Counted from the stretch's first letter, positions 1-14,923 are shown. The stretch is DNA of 64,000 bases from Phoronis australis (GCA_002633005.1 NMRA01000021.1:1552896-1616895), one strand, 5' to 3'. A program made the numbers and translations. The notes: generated by a model from the letters alone, not told the origin.

Positions 1-910
1 GTTCTAATAACGAAAACACCCACTCAGCCAATATAAAAAGTTACACGGCTCCACTTTCTTTCCTCTGACAAGCTAATACACACTGCGATGACTTCCGTTA
101 TGAGGCGATGTTGCCCAGTTCTTACTGGGCAAATCACTTTGCAAGTCGCCTAGGCCATAGATGTCGCTGTTCTTGAACAAACTGACCAACACAGACTGCA
201 GTGTAGCAAACCAGGTAAAACCTAGCCAATCTTAATAGAGACGTGAGTTGCTGTATAATGAAACACAAAAGTCGTGCCGTAGACAGATACTATGGGCCTA
301 ATAGGTTATATGGACTTCATTACTGAGACCAACATTTCTCTCAATTGGTCCAAATAACCTGGCATAGCCCAGAGGATCGGTTCGTACTTGTATAGTCTTG
401 TTTTTTTCCAAACATCCGGGATGTGTACAAAACATAAAATTTGCCTAGCTCATCTTCACTCAGAATTAATAGCCCCTGATTTGTGAGTTTAGATGGAATG
501 CCTAATTACAGAGATGTTGAAAATGTTTAGATTAAATGCATATAACATTTTTGATCAGAAACAATTCTGTGCTATCTTCCAATCAAATCTATGAAAACAA
601 GAGCATTTATATTTTGGCATCTTTGAAACGTATTTCCCAAAGATTAGCTGGGGGTGCTTGATGCTTTTATTTTATTAAATCACATCTTCCCACCAGGTGG
701 TACAGTGTGCAGGGCATCGACCTGTTTTGTGTATCAATTCACAACACCATCAATCTTACACATTGGATAATTAGACAAGAATACATTCATAAAGTTATGC
801 AATTTCTGAATTTAATGGAGAAATAATGTAAAGATGCATAATTACCAGCTTAAATCAAGATTTTAGACAAGTTTCTGGTGTCTTTTATGACACCACTGGT
901 TCTTTTCAAT

Positions 911-1154
911 CAAAGCAACTACACATGGCTATCACAAAGCAACTACACATGGCTATCACAAAGCAACTACACATGGCTATCACAAAGGAACTACACATGG
1001 CTATCACAAAGCAACTACACATGGCTATCACAAAGCAACTACACATGGCTATCACAAAGCAACTACACATGGCTATCACAAAGCAACTACACATGGCTAT
1101 CACAAAGCAACTACACATGGCTATCACAAAGCAACTACACATGGCTATCACAAA
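911..1154. repeat. 24-bp minisatellite, ~10 near-perfect copies (ATCACAAAGCAACTACACATGGCT)
   Basis: Tandem unit read directly; one copy carries a C>G variant. It produces the spurious 8-aa-repeat ORFs in several frames. Confidence 0.95.
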
Positions 1155-3582
1155 ACGTGAATAATATAAACCTCAAAATGACAACAACACGAACAATTAC
1201 ATTATAAGAATACCATCACTAATGATAAAATAATCAGAATTACTTCACAAAACAAATAAAGTTCAGAATAATTACAAAATATATTATTATGTATATTTCT
1301 CAACAAAGTGATCATTAACAACATGCCAAAGACTAAAAACGAGTAAATGATATCTAATGCATTCTCAAATAAAATAAGATTTCCTAAAAATCATTTCAAT
1401 TAAAAGTAGATGCAATTGATACATGTTGTAATGATTATTTGAATTTGTAATTAACATTCAAAAACTCACATGCCATGGGGTGGCATTCATCCCATGGGAC
1501 ATTTGATCCTCACCTAGGACTTTCCACTGTCCCATGTGAGTTTTTTCAAATGAGCCATGCCACAATCAAAATGGCACATGTCATAATTGAAATGTGTTAA
1601 ACTGTGACAAGGGTGTTTTATTCCTGTGACTTTCTATTCAACAACTGATTTTAATTAAAAGTTTGGGATTTTAATGAGCAATTGGACTGCTTTTAAGCAC
1701 ACGGTCAAATTGTTACAATATTTGTCATTCCATTATTTGTCTTTGTCAAGTCATGATGATGGAGTTATGCTAGGGCTGATGTGTTCAATTTGTTCACTTT
1801 AGACAGTAAACGAACAATTCACACACTGTCACAATGTCAAAACTGTCCCCTCACAAATTTCTAAAAATATTCTAGGAGACATGAAATCATAGTGAATCCT
1901 TCCTTCTCACCAAGACTGCCCATTTGTCTACATATGCCAGTCATGCTCATCAACAGTGTATCTCTTTTTACACCATCAATAGTTTGTTAACACTTCACTA
2001 GCTACATAACGTAGAGCACTGTACCTCAGCAAACAAAATGCTATACTCATCCATTCTGATCCAAGGATACCAAGTTATAATAAAGCAATTGGTTCTACAC
2101 CACGTCACTGTAGGCGATGAGTGAATAATAAATCACAACCTTTCGATGACACACCGCACCAGTCACACTCATCTCATATTTTTTTCTGTTCTTTTTCAAA
2201 ACAGCCATGTCACACAGTTGCAAAGTTTCGAAAATTATTCCACATGTCGAATCATAACCACAATCTTTCATTTTCACCAAGACTGCCCATTTGTCTACAT
2301 TTGCCACAGTTTTACATGCACTACATCGTCCATTCTTTTAACTGAATTGACTGGCAACATACTAAGTGATGTCTTGGTTGGCAAAAGTCTTATTCCCTAT
2401 CACTTAACACTATATTGTAGGGCTATATCCCAAATGTATATTTGGATGTACAAACAGAAATTGGTGCCCAATGCAAACCACATTTGTTATGTCCATTTCC
2501 CATTGGTGATAACCCGACTCAAACAAGAGATAGAAATATTTTGGTTCTCAGGAAGCCATATATCCACCTAAACCATCTAGCCAGCTGTATTATAGAGACC
2601 TCAAAAACTGGCACCATCCATTACTGCCATTCATCCGCACCCATGTGCAGGGGTTAGGTGTATACTCTTCAAAATATCTAATACGCAACGTTGAATGAAA
2701 TGACCATACAAAAACTCTGAACATATTGTAAATACAATGAATACTATATATTAATTAATATAAAAGCAGAAATAAATACACCAGTGCTAAACAAAGTAGA
2801 CTGAAACAAACTCAGTGCAAGGTTGTTGGAAGTGAGGGGGAGTGGGGCTAATGCTGCGCAGTGGCAGATTCATAGTGACCTTTTTCACGTGCGTTCATTC
2901 CTCAGACCTTGCCAATAATTGACCTATCGCCAGGATTTTGAGTGACGGCTTAACTCACCAATCAGAATGCAGCATTTTTGACACACTTTCGTTTCCAAGC
3001 CGCCATTTTACCCGACACACAACACATTGACAGCTAAAACATATTGTTTGTTTGTCGACATTTCTCAAGGGGACAGAGCTTGCGATAGGTCAGTATGGTG
3101 CTTACCTTCCAACACACTTTTGTAGTCTCTATTTCTTCTTGGTTATACAATGCTATACGACTCTCCTGGGGAACATTCTATCAAAGATCGTTAACTCAGT
3201 CACAGGAAACTCTTTACATTGAACTAACACGTTCTGCACATTTAGACAGCACACCGTGGCATTTGCGACTGTCTTAGATACGACTGGGATTACGACCACA
3301 GATAAAACAGGTAGGGAATTCTTCACCAATTTCAGCACACAAATGAAATTTGGACAAATGAAATTTTGTTTTGTCAAAACTTTCTAGGGAGCATAATCAA
3401 AATTTAGTCCATTGTTAGCTAGGTTAGCACTGTGTAGATCATGTCGCTAAACAATATTTGGCAATTGAAGCTCCCATAATTTACAGCCAGTTAATCACCC
3501 TTAATGACAGTTATGGCAATTGCTTATGTGCGAAACAAGGAGAGAATTCCTGCACCCTGGTGCTGGTATATTAAAATCATTT

Positions 3583-6500
3583 TCAATAAGACATTTTAAA
3601 TTTTAGAAGATATCTCATTCTACACTGGCTCTCTTTGTAGACAAGGTATTCACTTTGTCCAAAGCTACTCCCAGAAAACTCTGTCTGCTGTATGGCCTTA
3701 CCCTGGGGCACAACAATGGGTTTACCATCCAGCTTGATAGATGTGTCCAGAGAGGGATCTGTTGAAATAGAAAGAATATTGTGTCATCACCTGTCATTTT
3801 AGGCTTGGACGGTGTAACTGGTGGCGAAGCCTCTTAAAATTTTGCGAACAATTGTAAATCATCCGTGTCCTTCACACAAAAATTGGCCTTTTGAAATTGA
3901 CAAGCAAGGCCAGTATAAGTATGTCTTTGTGAACCCTTTGTCCCAGTTGGCCTGTGTAAGTCAATACAAGAACAGAATTAAAGTCCTGGCTCAGTTTCAA
4001 TACACCCACTGGATGACATGCTGCAAACGATGGTACTTCTCCTTCACCCAGGAAAAATAACTTGTAAATAAGAGGTAGAGATGTCACTGTTAAGTCTTAT
4101 GTACATAATTCAAATTTCACATCAGGTAATTTAAAGTTACGTAGGAACTTATCAAAAAGTTTGTGCATTTAGCCAAATATCCAATATAAATCTGCAGAAT
4201 TTAAGTCAGAGAATATGTATTTTCTGAAAGCAGTTTGATTTTTTTATGTACACCAAACTACAACCACTTGGATCTCATGACCATGTCTTTTTAGCGGAAC
4301 TGAGCAAAAACATTCACAGCCAAATAATGACATCAGTGACACGACCAACTTTCATTTTCTAGAAATGTCCAAGATAAAATTTAACAAACGCTGCAGAGGT
4401 TTCTAAATTAACACCTTGTCTTTGTTTCATACAATGTTTGATTTTTCACACAAATTAGAAAAATCCTAATCTGATGGCTTCTCATGAAAAAGTGGAACAT
4501 TTAAAAAAAAAATTCTTACACTTTGAAGAACAGTGCATAAAGCACGTCTCATATGAATCCAACCAGTTATTTCTAAGTCAGATATGATGTTCCAAATGCA
4601 GCCAGATTTAGTCCTTTTTCTAGGGTCTTACATAAAGTTTAAAACAAAATACTATCTTCAATGCAACAAAGCAGCTGATTGGTTCGTCAAACTCGGAGGT
4701 AAAATTTGAACAACTTCCAGCCACTACTACATAACGCTTACTCAAGACTCATCAATCTACATCCAAATTAATGTGCTTCTTCAAAAAATCTTTTGCTCCA
4801 GTATTTGAGATACATGAACATGCAACACAAGCAGTATATATCATCATACACCTATCATTAAGTCAATCTTATCTATGTCTTAGGAACATTCTTTATACGT
4901 TTTTGTTTATTTAATAAGAATAGTTAATATTACAGAGAATGTATGGACACATGATGTGGCCAACAGGTGGCGTGCAGACCAGACATAAACATTTTTGCGA
5001 TAAACTTCAAGTGACTAACAGCACATACCGGGTTCCGTCCTTCCCCTGGCGATGATGCTATCAAAGCCTTGTGGTGCCCTCTTCAGGCTGGAGTCGTCGC
5101 GTGTGATGTGGTGTTCCTTGCCCAGGGCTACCTCGTTCAGGAACATGATTCCTGTCTTCTGTTTACCATGACCGGCTGGCCGGACTGTACACAAGAAAAC
5201 GTAACAATTAAAAAGAGTGAGCCGCAACACGTTTTTTCAAAATTTCCTTAAAAAGTCAATAACAAGTACTGAATAAATCAAGAGAACAATAACTGCCTGT
5301 TATCAAAAAATAGTTCCTTACACAATATATAAATGATATGTAAACTTGAGAAGAATATTTATTTGAACTTTGGAAAAGCAGTCCTAAAACATTTGACTGT
5401 GAAACAGGTCAGAAATGATCCTTACTTAGTACATAGAAATCCAAATGCATTTTCTGCTGGCTTGCTTCGTTTTAGTTTAAAAGCACAACTTGACATACTG
5501 CTGTTCGGCTAAACTGAACCACCAAAAGAAATTCTAATAATGTCCCAGAACAGACAGTTTGTTGTCCCTTGGAAAAAGGGTCGTTAGGCTGCTTGTCATG
5601 TCAGGTTTATTACAGCCACTGAGGCAGTATGGAAATTCCAGTCGTTTTATTAGAACCAGTTCCGGAAGCAAAAAAAATATATGGCAAGTCTTCAAGTGTC
5701 CACCCTAATAAATGTGTCAGAAGAGAAAGTGACTTTGAAATTACAAATAAGGTCCAACAGGGCTGCTGAGACGGTCTGACCTGTCAAAACATGGTGAATT
5801 ATCTTAAATGTCAAGAACATGAAAATACTCCTGTTTATATGATGTTCTGGGCAAAAGGGTCACAGTCAGGAGACTAAGGTGACTCCCGAAGCCAACACAC
5901 GGTGTTACGTAATATGTATACAGATTAGACTGATGTGAACAACAAGCATAACACAATCTTCAAGAACCAAACAAAATCTCAACGTTCATGGACCAAAGCC
6001 AGTCAAATGTTCACGTACCATACATAGCAGACTTCATGTTCTCCGAGGCAAAGTAGATACCCTGTCCCACGCGTCCACCACTATGCGGCATGATTCGCAG
6101 ACCACTTTTCAAAATGGCCGCCACGACAGCAACATTAGTTCCATGCCACAGCAGTTTCCTGTTTGCCAGCTTGTCATGCACCCGGAATCGTTCATTCTAA
6201 AAATGAAAACACAATAAGTATGCAGTAGAACGCAGTCATCTCAGTTAATTGCAAGACAAATGTAATCAGGCAAACTATCGCGATGGCCACTTCTGTTAGC
6301 AACAAAAATTACAGGTTGCAACAATCAGGGCAGCAAAAATCTAGTTACAGAATGGTTTGGCTACCATAGTAACATTCCTGCTAATTCCCCCTCTTCCTCA
6401 ATCCCAAGACAAGACTACTCTGACCATGAATTCAGCTTCTGCCCAGCCATCATGACAGAGAATTCTGGGTAATTTTGTCTGAATACTTTTGGCCTGTACT

Positions 6501-9500
6501 GGTCACAGACCAGGGAGAGGGAAGATCTGTGCAGTTATCATCAGGCATTCATAAAATGGCTGCCACTAAATGGTCTTCATAAACCGCTTCAAAATTTTGG
6601 AAAGTTAAAATTTAAGTCTTCAACAACATTATCTACACGTTTCTTAGAAATTCATACTTTAAGCTGCTAATTTAGATTTGTAATAAACTAACAGGAAATG
6701 TGGAAACAAACCCAGAAATTTGGAGTAGCAAAACAACAGACTTAAGGCTATCTAGGACCTTAATATGTGACCTCAACTTTAAGACAAATTATCGAAAAAG
6801 CTAAATATGCTTTGTCAACCATTGAAAGTATATTTTCTGAAAGAAGATTAGATTCTAAAAAATAAATATGCATCTTACTACTGTGTCTTTCTCATTGTCA
6901 CGTGTCCAGTAAGTCAAATTTTCATGTGCAACAATGGTAAATTCATAGCAAAATAACCCCCCACTGATTTTACTAAAACTTTTTGAGTGAAAACTTTACG
7001 TTATGTCTCAAAACGCTGTGAGGAATTTTTGATAATTCACTTAGTTTGGTTTTGCGTCAAATTAATTTGCAAAACACAAGGCATTTTTGTAAAAAAACAG
7101 CAGTCTTATTCGTATATCCACGAGGTCATTTATTAAGTCCTAAACAAACTTAGAAACTTAGCGCAGGAGAGTCTCTTGCATCTGTAGTACATGACAACCA
7201 CAATTCACCTCTCCTTTCCTGTCAATAGTCCAGACATCGTCCAGCTCCATTTTGAAGTATCCCCCAGCTTTTGTGGATTCAAAGTACTTCTCTATCACCT
7301 GAAAATGAATATCAAATTTTTCAAAGGCCATGAAATGAATTGTACAAACCTCCTCCGTATTATTTTATTCTAATAACAAAATCATCCACTCCAAGTATGA
7401 CATTTCGAAAACATTTAAAAAATTTAAGTCAGAATGACTCAAAAATAGCAGGGTCTTTTCAAAAGTCGGTGGACGGTGTTAAAACAAGCACCCAGGGGGC
7501 ACTTAATGAACTCAAAAGCAGGGGCGTTGGGCGTTAAAATAAGCAGCGAGCATTCACATGACAAAATATGGCAATACATTATGTTAATAAATCTATATTT
7601 AGAGAGGACAGAACCTGAAACTCCTTTTCCTTTTTGGCCATCAGTCGAAGGTCACAGTTCAAAAGTTCATAGTTCACATCCAGAGGATGAGGGACCTCTG
7701 CTTTTTCCTCTGCCACCTTTTCAGCACTCTTCTCCATACTCTGAGCTAATTCAATATCAGCAAGAACCTGCCATTGAAACATGCCAACTCATTAGGTCAC
7801 CACTTGTGACGACACGATAGCAAAGACATTACACTTTGTGAGAAGCTTTTCACTCACTTGCGAGGAAGGAAATGTATTCACTACAAGTCGACGAGAATTT
7901 TTATTATGCTGTTGCCAAGGCAGTGGCAGATCTACATTTTCAGTAAGGGGGGTTTAGGATTCGAGCAAATCCGAAGCGCGTAGCGCCAAGCGCAAGGAAG
8001 GTTGGGAGAGGTTTTACTCCTCCCGTGTAAGATTTTTTTGTGGTTTTTAGTAGCTAATTTCATTTTTCTGGCAAAATTTTTTTCAATTTTTATTTTTGGT
8101 CCTTTCAAGAGGGGGGGTTTGAACCCTCTGAACCCCCCCTGTAGATCCGTCTCTGAAAGCCAAAACAATATTTTTTTTTATAATTCAGGGCAATCAGACT
8201 TTTTCTTCACAGCTGGCTCGTCTTAATGATTTGTATCTTACAAACAACGCAATTCTTATATTACAAAAGATTTATCTCCATAGCCAAGCCCATTTGTAGG
8301 ATAGAGTCTGGCTTCTCAATGCAAGTCGTAATGTTTAAAGTAGTGCCCCGTGTCTGAGTGTTATAGACCTCATCACCGGCTTCTCTATGCAAAACATAAT
8401 GTTTAAACTAGCGCCCCCTGTTTGAGTGTAAGAGGCCTCGTCATTAGAACAGAAGCAAAGGAGTTACTGTGTATGAACATAATTACTCAAAATGAGAAAT
8501 TGCATTCACGACAAAACTATACCATGAATAGAACAATCATTTCTTACATACCATATCTGGGACACATCAAGTGACCTACAGGTAATTATAGATCATGTAA
8601 TGTGACAAATATATGGTGAGTAGTTACGTACACTGTATCAATGCGGTAATTGCACAATTATAAAATCATTAATATGTTAGTTACATTGAGCAGGCCAATA
8701 TAGCTGCTATATTCAAAAGGGAAATAACGTTTCACACAAGGCCAGTACCGGAAGTTTAAATTCCAATTTCATTTTGCGATCCTAACAAATGAGATAGCAT
8801 TTCTTGTTTTCTACAGTAACAGGGTTGTGTGAAGATGTCACAGTTGTTTTTGGCTAAAAATTTGAAGTTGGCCTTTTTCGAGAAGTTAATTTCAATATCC
8901 TGGAAGTTAATGAGAAAGAAATATTGCACGCCCTCAACATATAATAATCTGTTATTTGACACTAGACATACCAATAACATATCCATCTTCTGACGGACAG
9001 TCTCGGCTGTCTGGATTGTTGGGGGTCTCTGTCGTCCAAAGTCATGCGGAATAAGTGTGTAAAAATTTGATGACAACTGTTGAAGCTTTGCTGCGTTGAC
9101 TTTTTTGGAATTCAGACTTTTCTCGATTTCTTCCAAAACCTCGAAGCCCTTAGCAATCTGAGTCTTGCTCAATTTACCCAGTGGCATCTTCTTTACATCT
9201 GGAATGATAATAATAATAATAATAATAATAACAATAATAATAATAATAAATATCTTTATTTTGAACAGAATGTCCTCCATGACTTGAGAGAATGAGGTGC
9301 AAATGGAATTAAAAACTAATTGCTCTGCATCAATATAAAATTTGTCATTTTAAAATAGTGCTATTAAGTAATACATTAGAAAAGTAAACAAAAATTTATT
9401 CAGTAACATAAAAGGGCCCTTGAGGAGGCAGTGTGGCCTAGTGTGATAGGCGCCCGTTTTCTTCACTCGAGGTCGTGGGTTCAAGTCCCACTAGTCTACA

Positions 9501-12500
9501 CTGTTAGACCCTTGAGTCAGGTTTCTAGCTTCTTAGCTCGGTTTAACTACATATTACTAACTAAAGCATAAAAATGGTTCCAGGTGATGCATGCAATGGG
9601 CCCACATGAGGGGCCAGCGCACGTCTGGTTCATGTACCAGACCGTCTGCAACTATTTTTTATAAAAGGGACGTTCACTCAGAATGAGAATATTAACTAAT
9701 TGGAGGTTCTTTTATCAGAAACAAATTTATGAACACCGGCGCCACCTAAAGGCAGAAAGCTGTTTGTTTGAACTCCCAAAATTATCACATCATGCAGCGC
9801 GTAACGAGACATAGCAACGTCACTTCACAACAACACAAAAGTCGGCTATGACAGTGAAAACTGGGCCAAAATGCTCTCTTGGAAAATTCACCAAAACACT
9901 TAAAAAAACAGGCATAATCAGAGCAACGCATGGTAACAGTTTGGAAATTCGCATTGGCTAAAAACAGGCAGGTGTCAACCATATCCACCTACACAGTTTT
10001 GCCTATGCGGACTTTGCCTCACAAAATCACATGTTGTCCCTGTTAAATACAAAAAGCTTTCTCACGCTTTCTTGGCTTAACTCCAACTATTGTACATTAT
10101 AATTTTTGTGATAAACATTAAAAAATACAAAAGCCAAAAAGACAAAAATTATCAATAAGTTGTACAGCGATGAAAAACGACAGAAACTAAAGTAGACAGT
10201 TAAGAAATATAAAACAGCACCATTTTTGAGAGTTCTGAGCCTGGAACAGCTCAATAAGCCAGTGGCCACATCAATTGCTTTCAATGACATAACTTTAGGA
10301 CTGTCTTTTATCAGAGCTGTCTAGATAACCTGGGCCACTGTGAAAGTGGGTCAGGTTATCAACTAGATGATTGTGGATTGTTATATTGACCTTTGACCTC
10401 AGTCCTGTATTTGCACTGTTTTCCCCAATGCAGTCTTTGTTTTGCTGTTACTCAGATATTGGTTGAGTTTGCTGTTCACCTCTCGTTATAATTTCCACAA
10501 TAATCTAATGGATCTTTCCCATACACGAAACTCCGCCACTATCAAAAGCTTCGATGTTATTTTGGTTAATCACAAAGTTAAGCGTAACCATTCCAGCTTT
10601 GGAATACGTATTCAGCTAGTAGGCTCTCGAGAAAATCAAGAGGGTGATAGGTAATGATCATTAATTTAGTAATTCAGTAAAGTTATTGTAATGTGGCACT
10701 AATATGACCTTCACCTTTTCCATGTATGGATGGCAAATTTTTTAAAATAAACAACCCAGCAAGTACACAGTCAGTCAGATAAATTGAAACGGAATACTCG
10801 GCGGTTAATTTACACAGTCAGTCAACTTTGATTATTTTATAATTAGTATCGTTTACAACATAACCAAGCAGTATCAAATGCTAGTTTATGAAATAAAGCA
10901 TGCATTAATTAAAAATGAAAATATAAAGACGAGTGATCAACTCAAAACTCACCTATCTCAAAATTCTGCATAGCCTCCTTAAACATATCCTGATCAAATA
11001 TCAGTTTAATTAAGGCTTGTGTGGTCTTATCCAGTTTGCAGGGCAGGACCTTTTTGTCACTGGTCACCTTGGCTCCAGAATCAACGACATCTGTGGCCTG
11101 CAATTGAAATCGTTAACAATAAAACCGTTGAAAACAAATTTCAAACATGTGTCCAAATTTAAGTGACGTGGTTTGAATCCACACCTAACTGCTCCATGTT
11201 CCTGTTGGCGACATTTTAGATAGATTCCAGCATGCACAATAAAAAATCAGAAAAAATAACTAATGTAATTTCTTGTCCTAACAACAGGGTGAAGCACCAT
11301 CCATCAAGACTTGAGAACAAAAAGTAAATTACTAACAATTTAGCAATAAGTCTTGCTCAAAGCAGACTTAGCCCTCATTATGAGCAAACACTATTTTGTC
11401 GCATTACTTTAACAGGACAGTCTGGGATGACACAACGACTCCCGAATCTTGAGCTATTTACCCACAATGTCGCAACATCCATCAAACAGTTATATGGCCT
11501 CTCTTCCGTGATACTGGAGTTTATTTGTTGGTGCCCTGATTCTTTCAAAAATTTCTCAACATAATTATAGTTATATTCGACCTTCCAGCAGTTTTACTGC
11601 TGGGTTGCATGCTGCAACTCCAATGACATAAAGTTGGATAAACTGGGACTCTTCCATGAGCATGCGTTACGAAACTCAATCTCTCTCTGAAAGGGCTTGG
11701 GACGACAGACGTCAAAAAAGAAGAAAATTTTCCAGGTGATGTATTGTTCCGCAAAGAAGTAGGATTGTGTGATAGAAATACTTGTTGTGTTGCACTAAAC
11801 TGAAATAAACCTTTTGCATGAATTACATCAAAACAATGATAGAAAAAAGAGGAAAAAGAGAAAATTTTTAAGAAATCAAAAGAGGAAATCGAAACCAATT
11901 AAAGAGGAAATCCTCTTGAAAGAGGAAAATTTGTTTAAACATCTCACCTTCTTATGAACAAGAATCTTCATCACAGTATGAAATGAATTGAGTATTTTGA
12001 TCAGCTAAGAAATCTTATGATTGACAGCGGTTAGTGGGAAATAAAACGTTCAAGCAAAATAATTCTCTCACAATTTAAAGTTTCTGCAGATTTCATGCAC
12101 ACTTTTCGTCACAGACGGCATGGCATAATTGGGACCGCATTGTCTCACTGAAAATGATACGGAATCTCATCTGTTGCATGGCAAACAGCAAAGGTGTGAA
12201 AATGCAGAAAACGTTGGAAGTGAAAAAAAGAAAGAAAGAAAATCGTCTGACCAACCTCATCATCCTCGCCTCCGTCCATCTCTAGAAGGACGTACTTCCC
12301 AGCCACAGGTTTGAAGTCATCTCGTTTGTCCCAATCATTCTTCGTCTTGTCCTTAAATTTTTTCTTGAAGTCCGATATTGCCAAGTCCTCACTGACAGGG
12401 CCATTCAATGAGTTAGCACCCTTTTCACCCTGTTGTTAGAAGATAAATAGATGTAACTATAATAATTACACGCGCACACTGAATAAAGCATGTCTTTCAA

Positions 12501-14695
12501 CTTGGTACTACAGGATGTTATTTTGAGTAGAATTTCCACTGTCAATAGGGACAATACACTACGTTCATCACTAAAAAGTCAAACATTTCGAATGTCAACT
12601 TTTTTAAACAAAACACGTCTTTTGACGACTCTTATTTCTAAAAGTGAGAGCCAAAATTGTTCTTCACAATAATCCAGCCAACACAGGAAAACAGTCTGCA
12701 CAGGTACATATCAAAATGTATTGTGAGGAAAGAGACAAGAAATCAAAACAGTTGGAGCTCACATTATTATATTGTGTTTCTATTCAAGTAGCACTCAGCC
12801 TGATTCAACCGTATATGCCGAAACGTTGACTTACACAATGTCTTTGTTTATGTATGCGCTGATTTTAAAGTTCGCACTCATATTTTGATCAAAAACAAAT
12901 GAATTCAATAATAAACTAAAATCCAACAAGCCTCACCACTCTACCCCACCGGTTCCAAGCGTAGAATCCACCACTCGCCTGCAACACCTGTATGATGTAG
13001 TACTTGTTGTTGTTGTTTCCAATGTTAGTCTGGTTCAACATGCAGTCAAAGTCTTTGTACACCTGTGTATAATTAGAAACAGGTCTATGAATCGTACAGG
13101 TATTGATCATATCCACATCAATATGTACGAAATACGCAAACTGTTTTGCTGTTACTTCCTGAAAGCCAGAAACACATTATGTAGATAACTTCGCTAAATA
13201 CTCAATCTTCTTACCATTTGGACATCACCTGACACAACTTTCATGCATTTTTCTCTACGGTTTCCAAGAAGCACACAGTTAAGCAGAAAAGGGCATTCTT
13301 AACCCATTACACCAGTCAATCAGAGTTCCCAATGCCTGACATATTCTTTTTCTATTACACCTTAGTAAACTTAGCTTAGTAAACTAGTGTACAGTAATAC
13401 GCTTAAATGGCCATGGTGAATTTCATAAATTCAGTGTTCTCCACAACCTACTTTGACTCATCGCAGTACCAAGTTTGAATTCCATCCAGACGAGTTTGGC
13501 TTACAGCACTTGCATTGAGTTTGAAAACCTAAGCTTTGGGAGATTAGCCAAATCTTCAGCAAACTGGGACATTTTGGACTCTAGGCACCCCAATGCGTAT
13601 ATACTTAGAATTAACTGCGCAGATTATATTTAGCAGAGACACAAACTGCCAAACAGATTCATGGCTTTTGCAATTATTCCCGTTGAGTTTGAATTTATTT
13701 TCCGTCATTAAATCACTTTTTTGTAGTATTCCATTTTCACAAATGAAGGAAATTTGCTCAGTAGACCCAACGGATTTTCGAGAAAAAAATTTCAGTAACT
13801 ATGAAAGCGAAGCAATACTTTAATGTTGTTTAGAAAACGAAAAATTAACAATCCTATTCTTTACTTAATAACTAATTGTTTTTGAATTAAAACTTTCACT
13901 CAGTTCTGTTATAAAAAACGAACAAAATATTTTGGTAAAGCATTGAAGGACATTTTGTCTCATCTCAAAAGTTACATGCATCCCAGCATTACAAATATCC
14001 CCAAACAAAAGTAGGTTTCAAGATCAGAAAAGAACTGTCAGAGTCAATTGTGAAACATTCTCATGATTTTTGTTTCACCTTGCAGGTCTTAAATCAATTA
14101 TGAACCCAACAACAAAACAGAAGTGTACAAATTGATGAAGACAAATGGCAGTGGTACAGGATATAGGCTGCACTTGATTGTCTCCATCAATGACAGCAGG
14201 TTAACTGACTAAGATATTGAATTGGTTATCGATGACGACTTCCGCCTTATAAACCAATCCGGTGGAACTTGTAAAGTGAATCAATAGTAGCCACCATTAA
14301 CAGCATAAAAAGACTCTACAGAGGTTATTACAACTTGCGATATTTTATTGAAAAAAAATCTCATGAATGATCCCATGTGGATACAAAAACCATCTACCCA
14401 CAAAATCAAGAATACTTTTCCATGTATTGAGTGAATGGATCGGATAATACACTGAGGAAACTGCAATGCGGTATTACTTTGTTACATATGAGCTGAAAGA
14501 GTGTAACAGCATATAATCTCTTACCGAAGCGCCTGCCACAGGGAAATATGAATCTACTTTAAAGGTCTTCTTCTTTCCTTTGTCTGCCTCTTTCAACTTT
14601 GTCACCGTGTCAACAGGTGTCACTACCTCTTGTTTTGCTTTTTTGCCACCAGCACCCTTTGAGCCTGCTGTGGTAGACTTGCGCTTAGGAGGCAT
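3583..14695 (-). CDS. PARP3: PARP3-like ADP-ribosyltransferase (WGR, regulatory/helical and catalytic ART domains), 531 aa, 10 coding exons
   Basis: Exons assembled with GT-AG boundaries and consistent phases: 14525-14695, 12937-13062, 12256-12429, 10953-11097, 8972-9198, 7615-7767, 7209-7298, 6019-6196, 5029-5184, 3583-3758 (1596 nt). Motifs: LNQTNIGNNNNKYYIIQ...WGRVG (WGR); KKMPLGKLSKTQIAKGF and FYTLIPHDFGRQRPP (regulatory); LLWHGTN, LRIMPHSGGRVGQGIYFASEN, QSEYLVYKESQCRMRYLL (H-Y-E triad; PHSGGRVG is PARP3-typical). Short basic N-terminus with no zinc fingers or BRCT. Confidence 0.93.
4131..4641. mobile_element. Degenerate non-autonomous DNA transposon (imperfect TIRs, TTAA-flanked) in a PARP3 intron
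   Basis: Left end ttaaagttacgtaggaactta resembles the reverse complement of right end tagggtcttacataaagtttaa. Related sequence starts at ~39354 and ~54083. Confidence 0.4.
6753..7142. mobile_element. MITE with ~21-bp imperfect TIRs
   Basis: taggaccttaatatgtgacctc (6753-6774) is the approximate reverse complement of gaggtcatttattaagtccta (7122-7142). Confidence 0.55.
7921..8155. mobile_element. hAT-like MITE
   Basis: Termini cagtggcagatctaca ... tgtagatccgtctctg with G/C-run subterminal tracts typical of CAG-terminated hAT MITEs. No clean TSD found. Confidence 0.6.
9208..9250. repeat. (AAT)n microsatellite next to a PARP3 splice acceptor
   Basis: About 14 AAT units with one AAC interruption, just intron-ward of the acceptor at 9199-9201. 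Confidence 0.9.
9425..9530 (+). mobile_element. tRNA-derived SINE head
   Basis: Pol III A-box-like TGGCCTAGTGTG and B-box GGTTCAAGTCC at tRNA-like spacing, followed by a SINE-body-like gacccttgagtcagg. No closable cloverleaf. Confidence 0.6.
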
Positions 14696-14923
14696 TGTAT
14701 TGCTAAAACTGATGAAATATTACAATAAGGTACGTGTTGATCCCCAGCTGAGCTAACAATTCATTGTCAAATTCTAGCCAAGGTTCTTGATCCACAAATA
14801 CAACACACAACACAATGCTGTGGAGAGATGGTGCTCTCACATCACTTAGGATTAAAACATCGTGCTATCAATCCAGTGTGCATCACAAAAAAACTGATTT
14901 TGACTTATACAATGTGTCGTTAC

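Noticed and set aside
878-1207. ORFs with 8-aa repeats (SQSNYTWL / MAITKQLH); array superficially CRISPR-like
   Set aside because: Pure 24-bp minisatellite with no spacers; open in several frames only because the unit is a multiple of 3 and lacks stops.
1460-1546. Inverted repeat aaaaactcacatg...catgtgagttttt as a structured ncRNA
   Set aside because: More likely the centre of a decayed foldback MITE; no ncRNA family features.
1907-2310. ~30-bp direct repeat caccaagactgcccatttgtctaca at ~1909 and ~2275
   Set aside because: Short local duplication with no further structure or coding support.
8756-9280. 174-aa ORF with poly-Ile as a membrane protein
   Set aside because: It is a PARP3 exon plus intron read-through of the (ATT)n microsatellite.
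9425-9495. tRNA gene
   Set aside because: A and B boxes are present but there is no proper acceptor or anticodon stem, and it continues into SINE-like body sequence.
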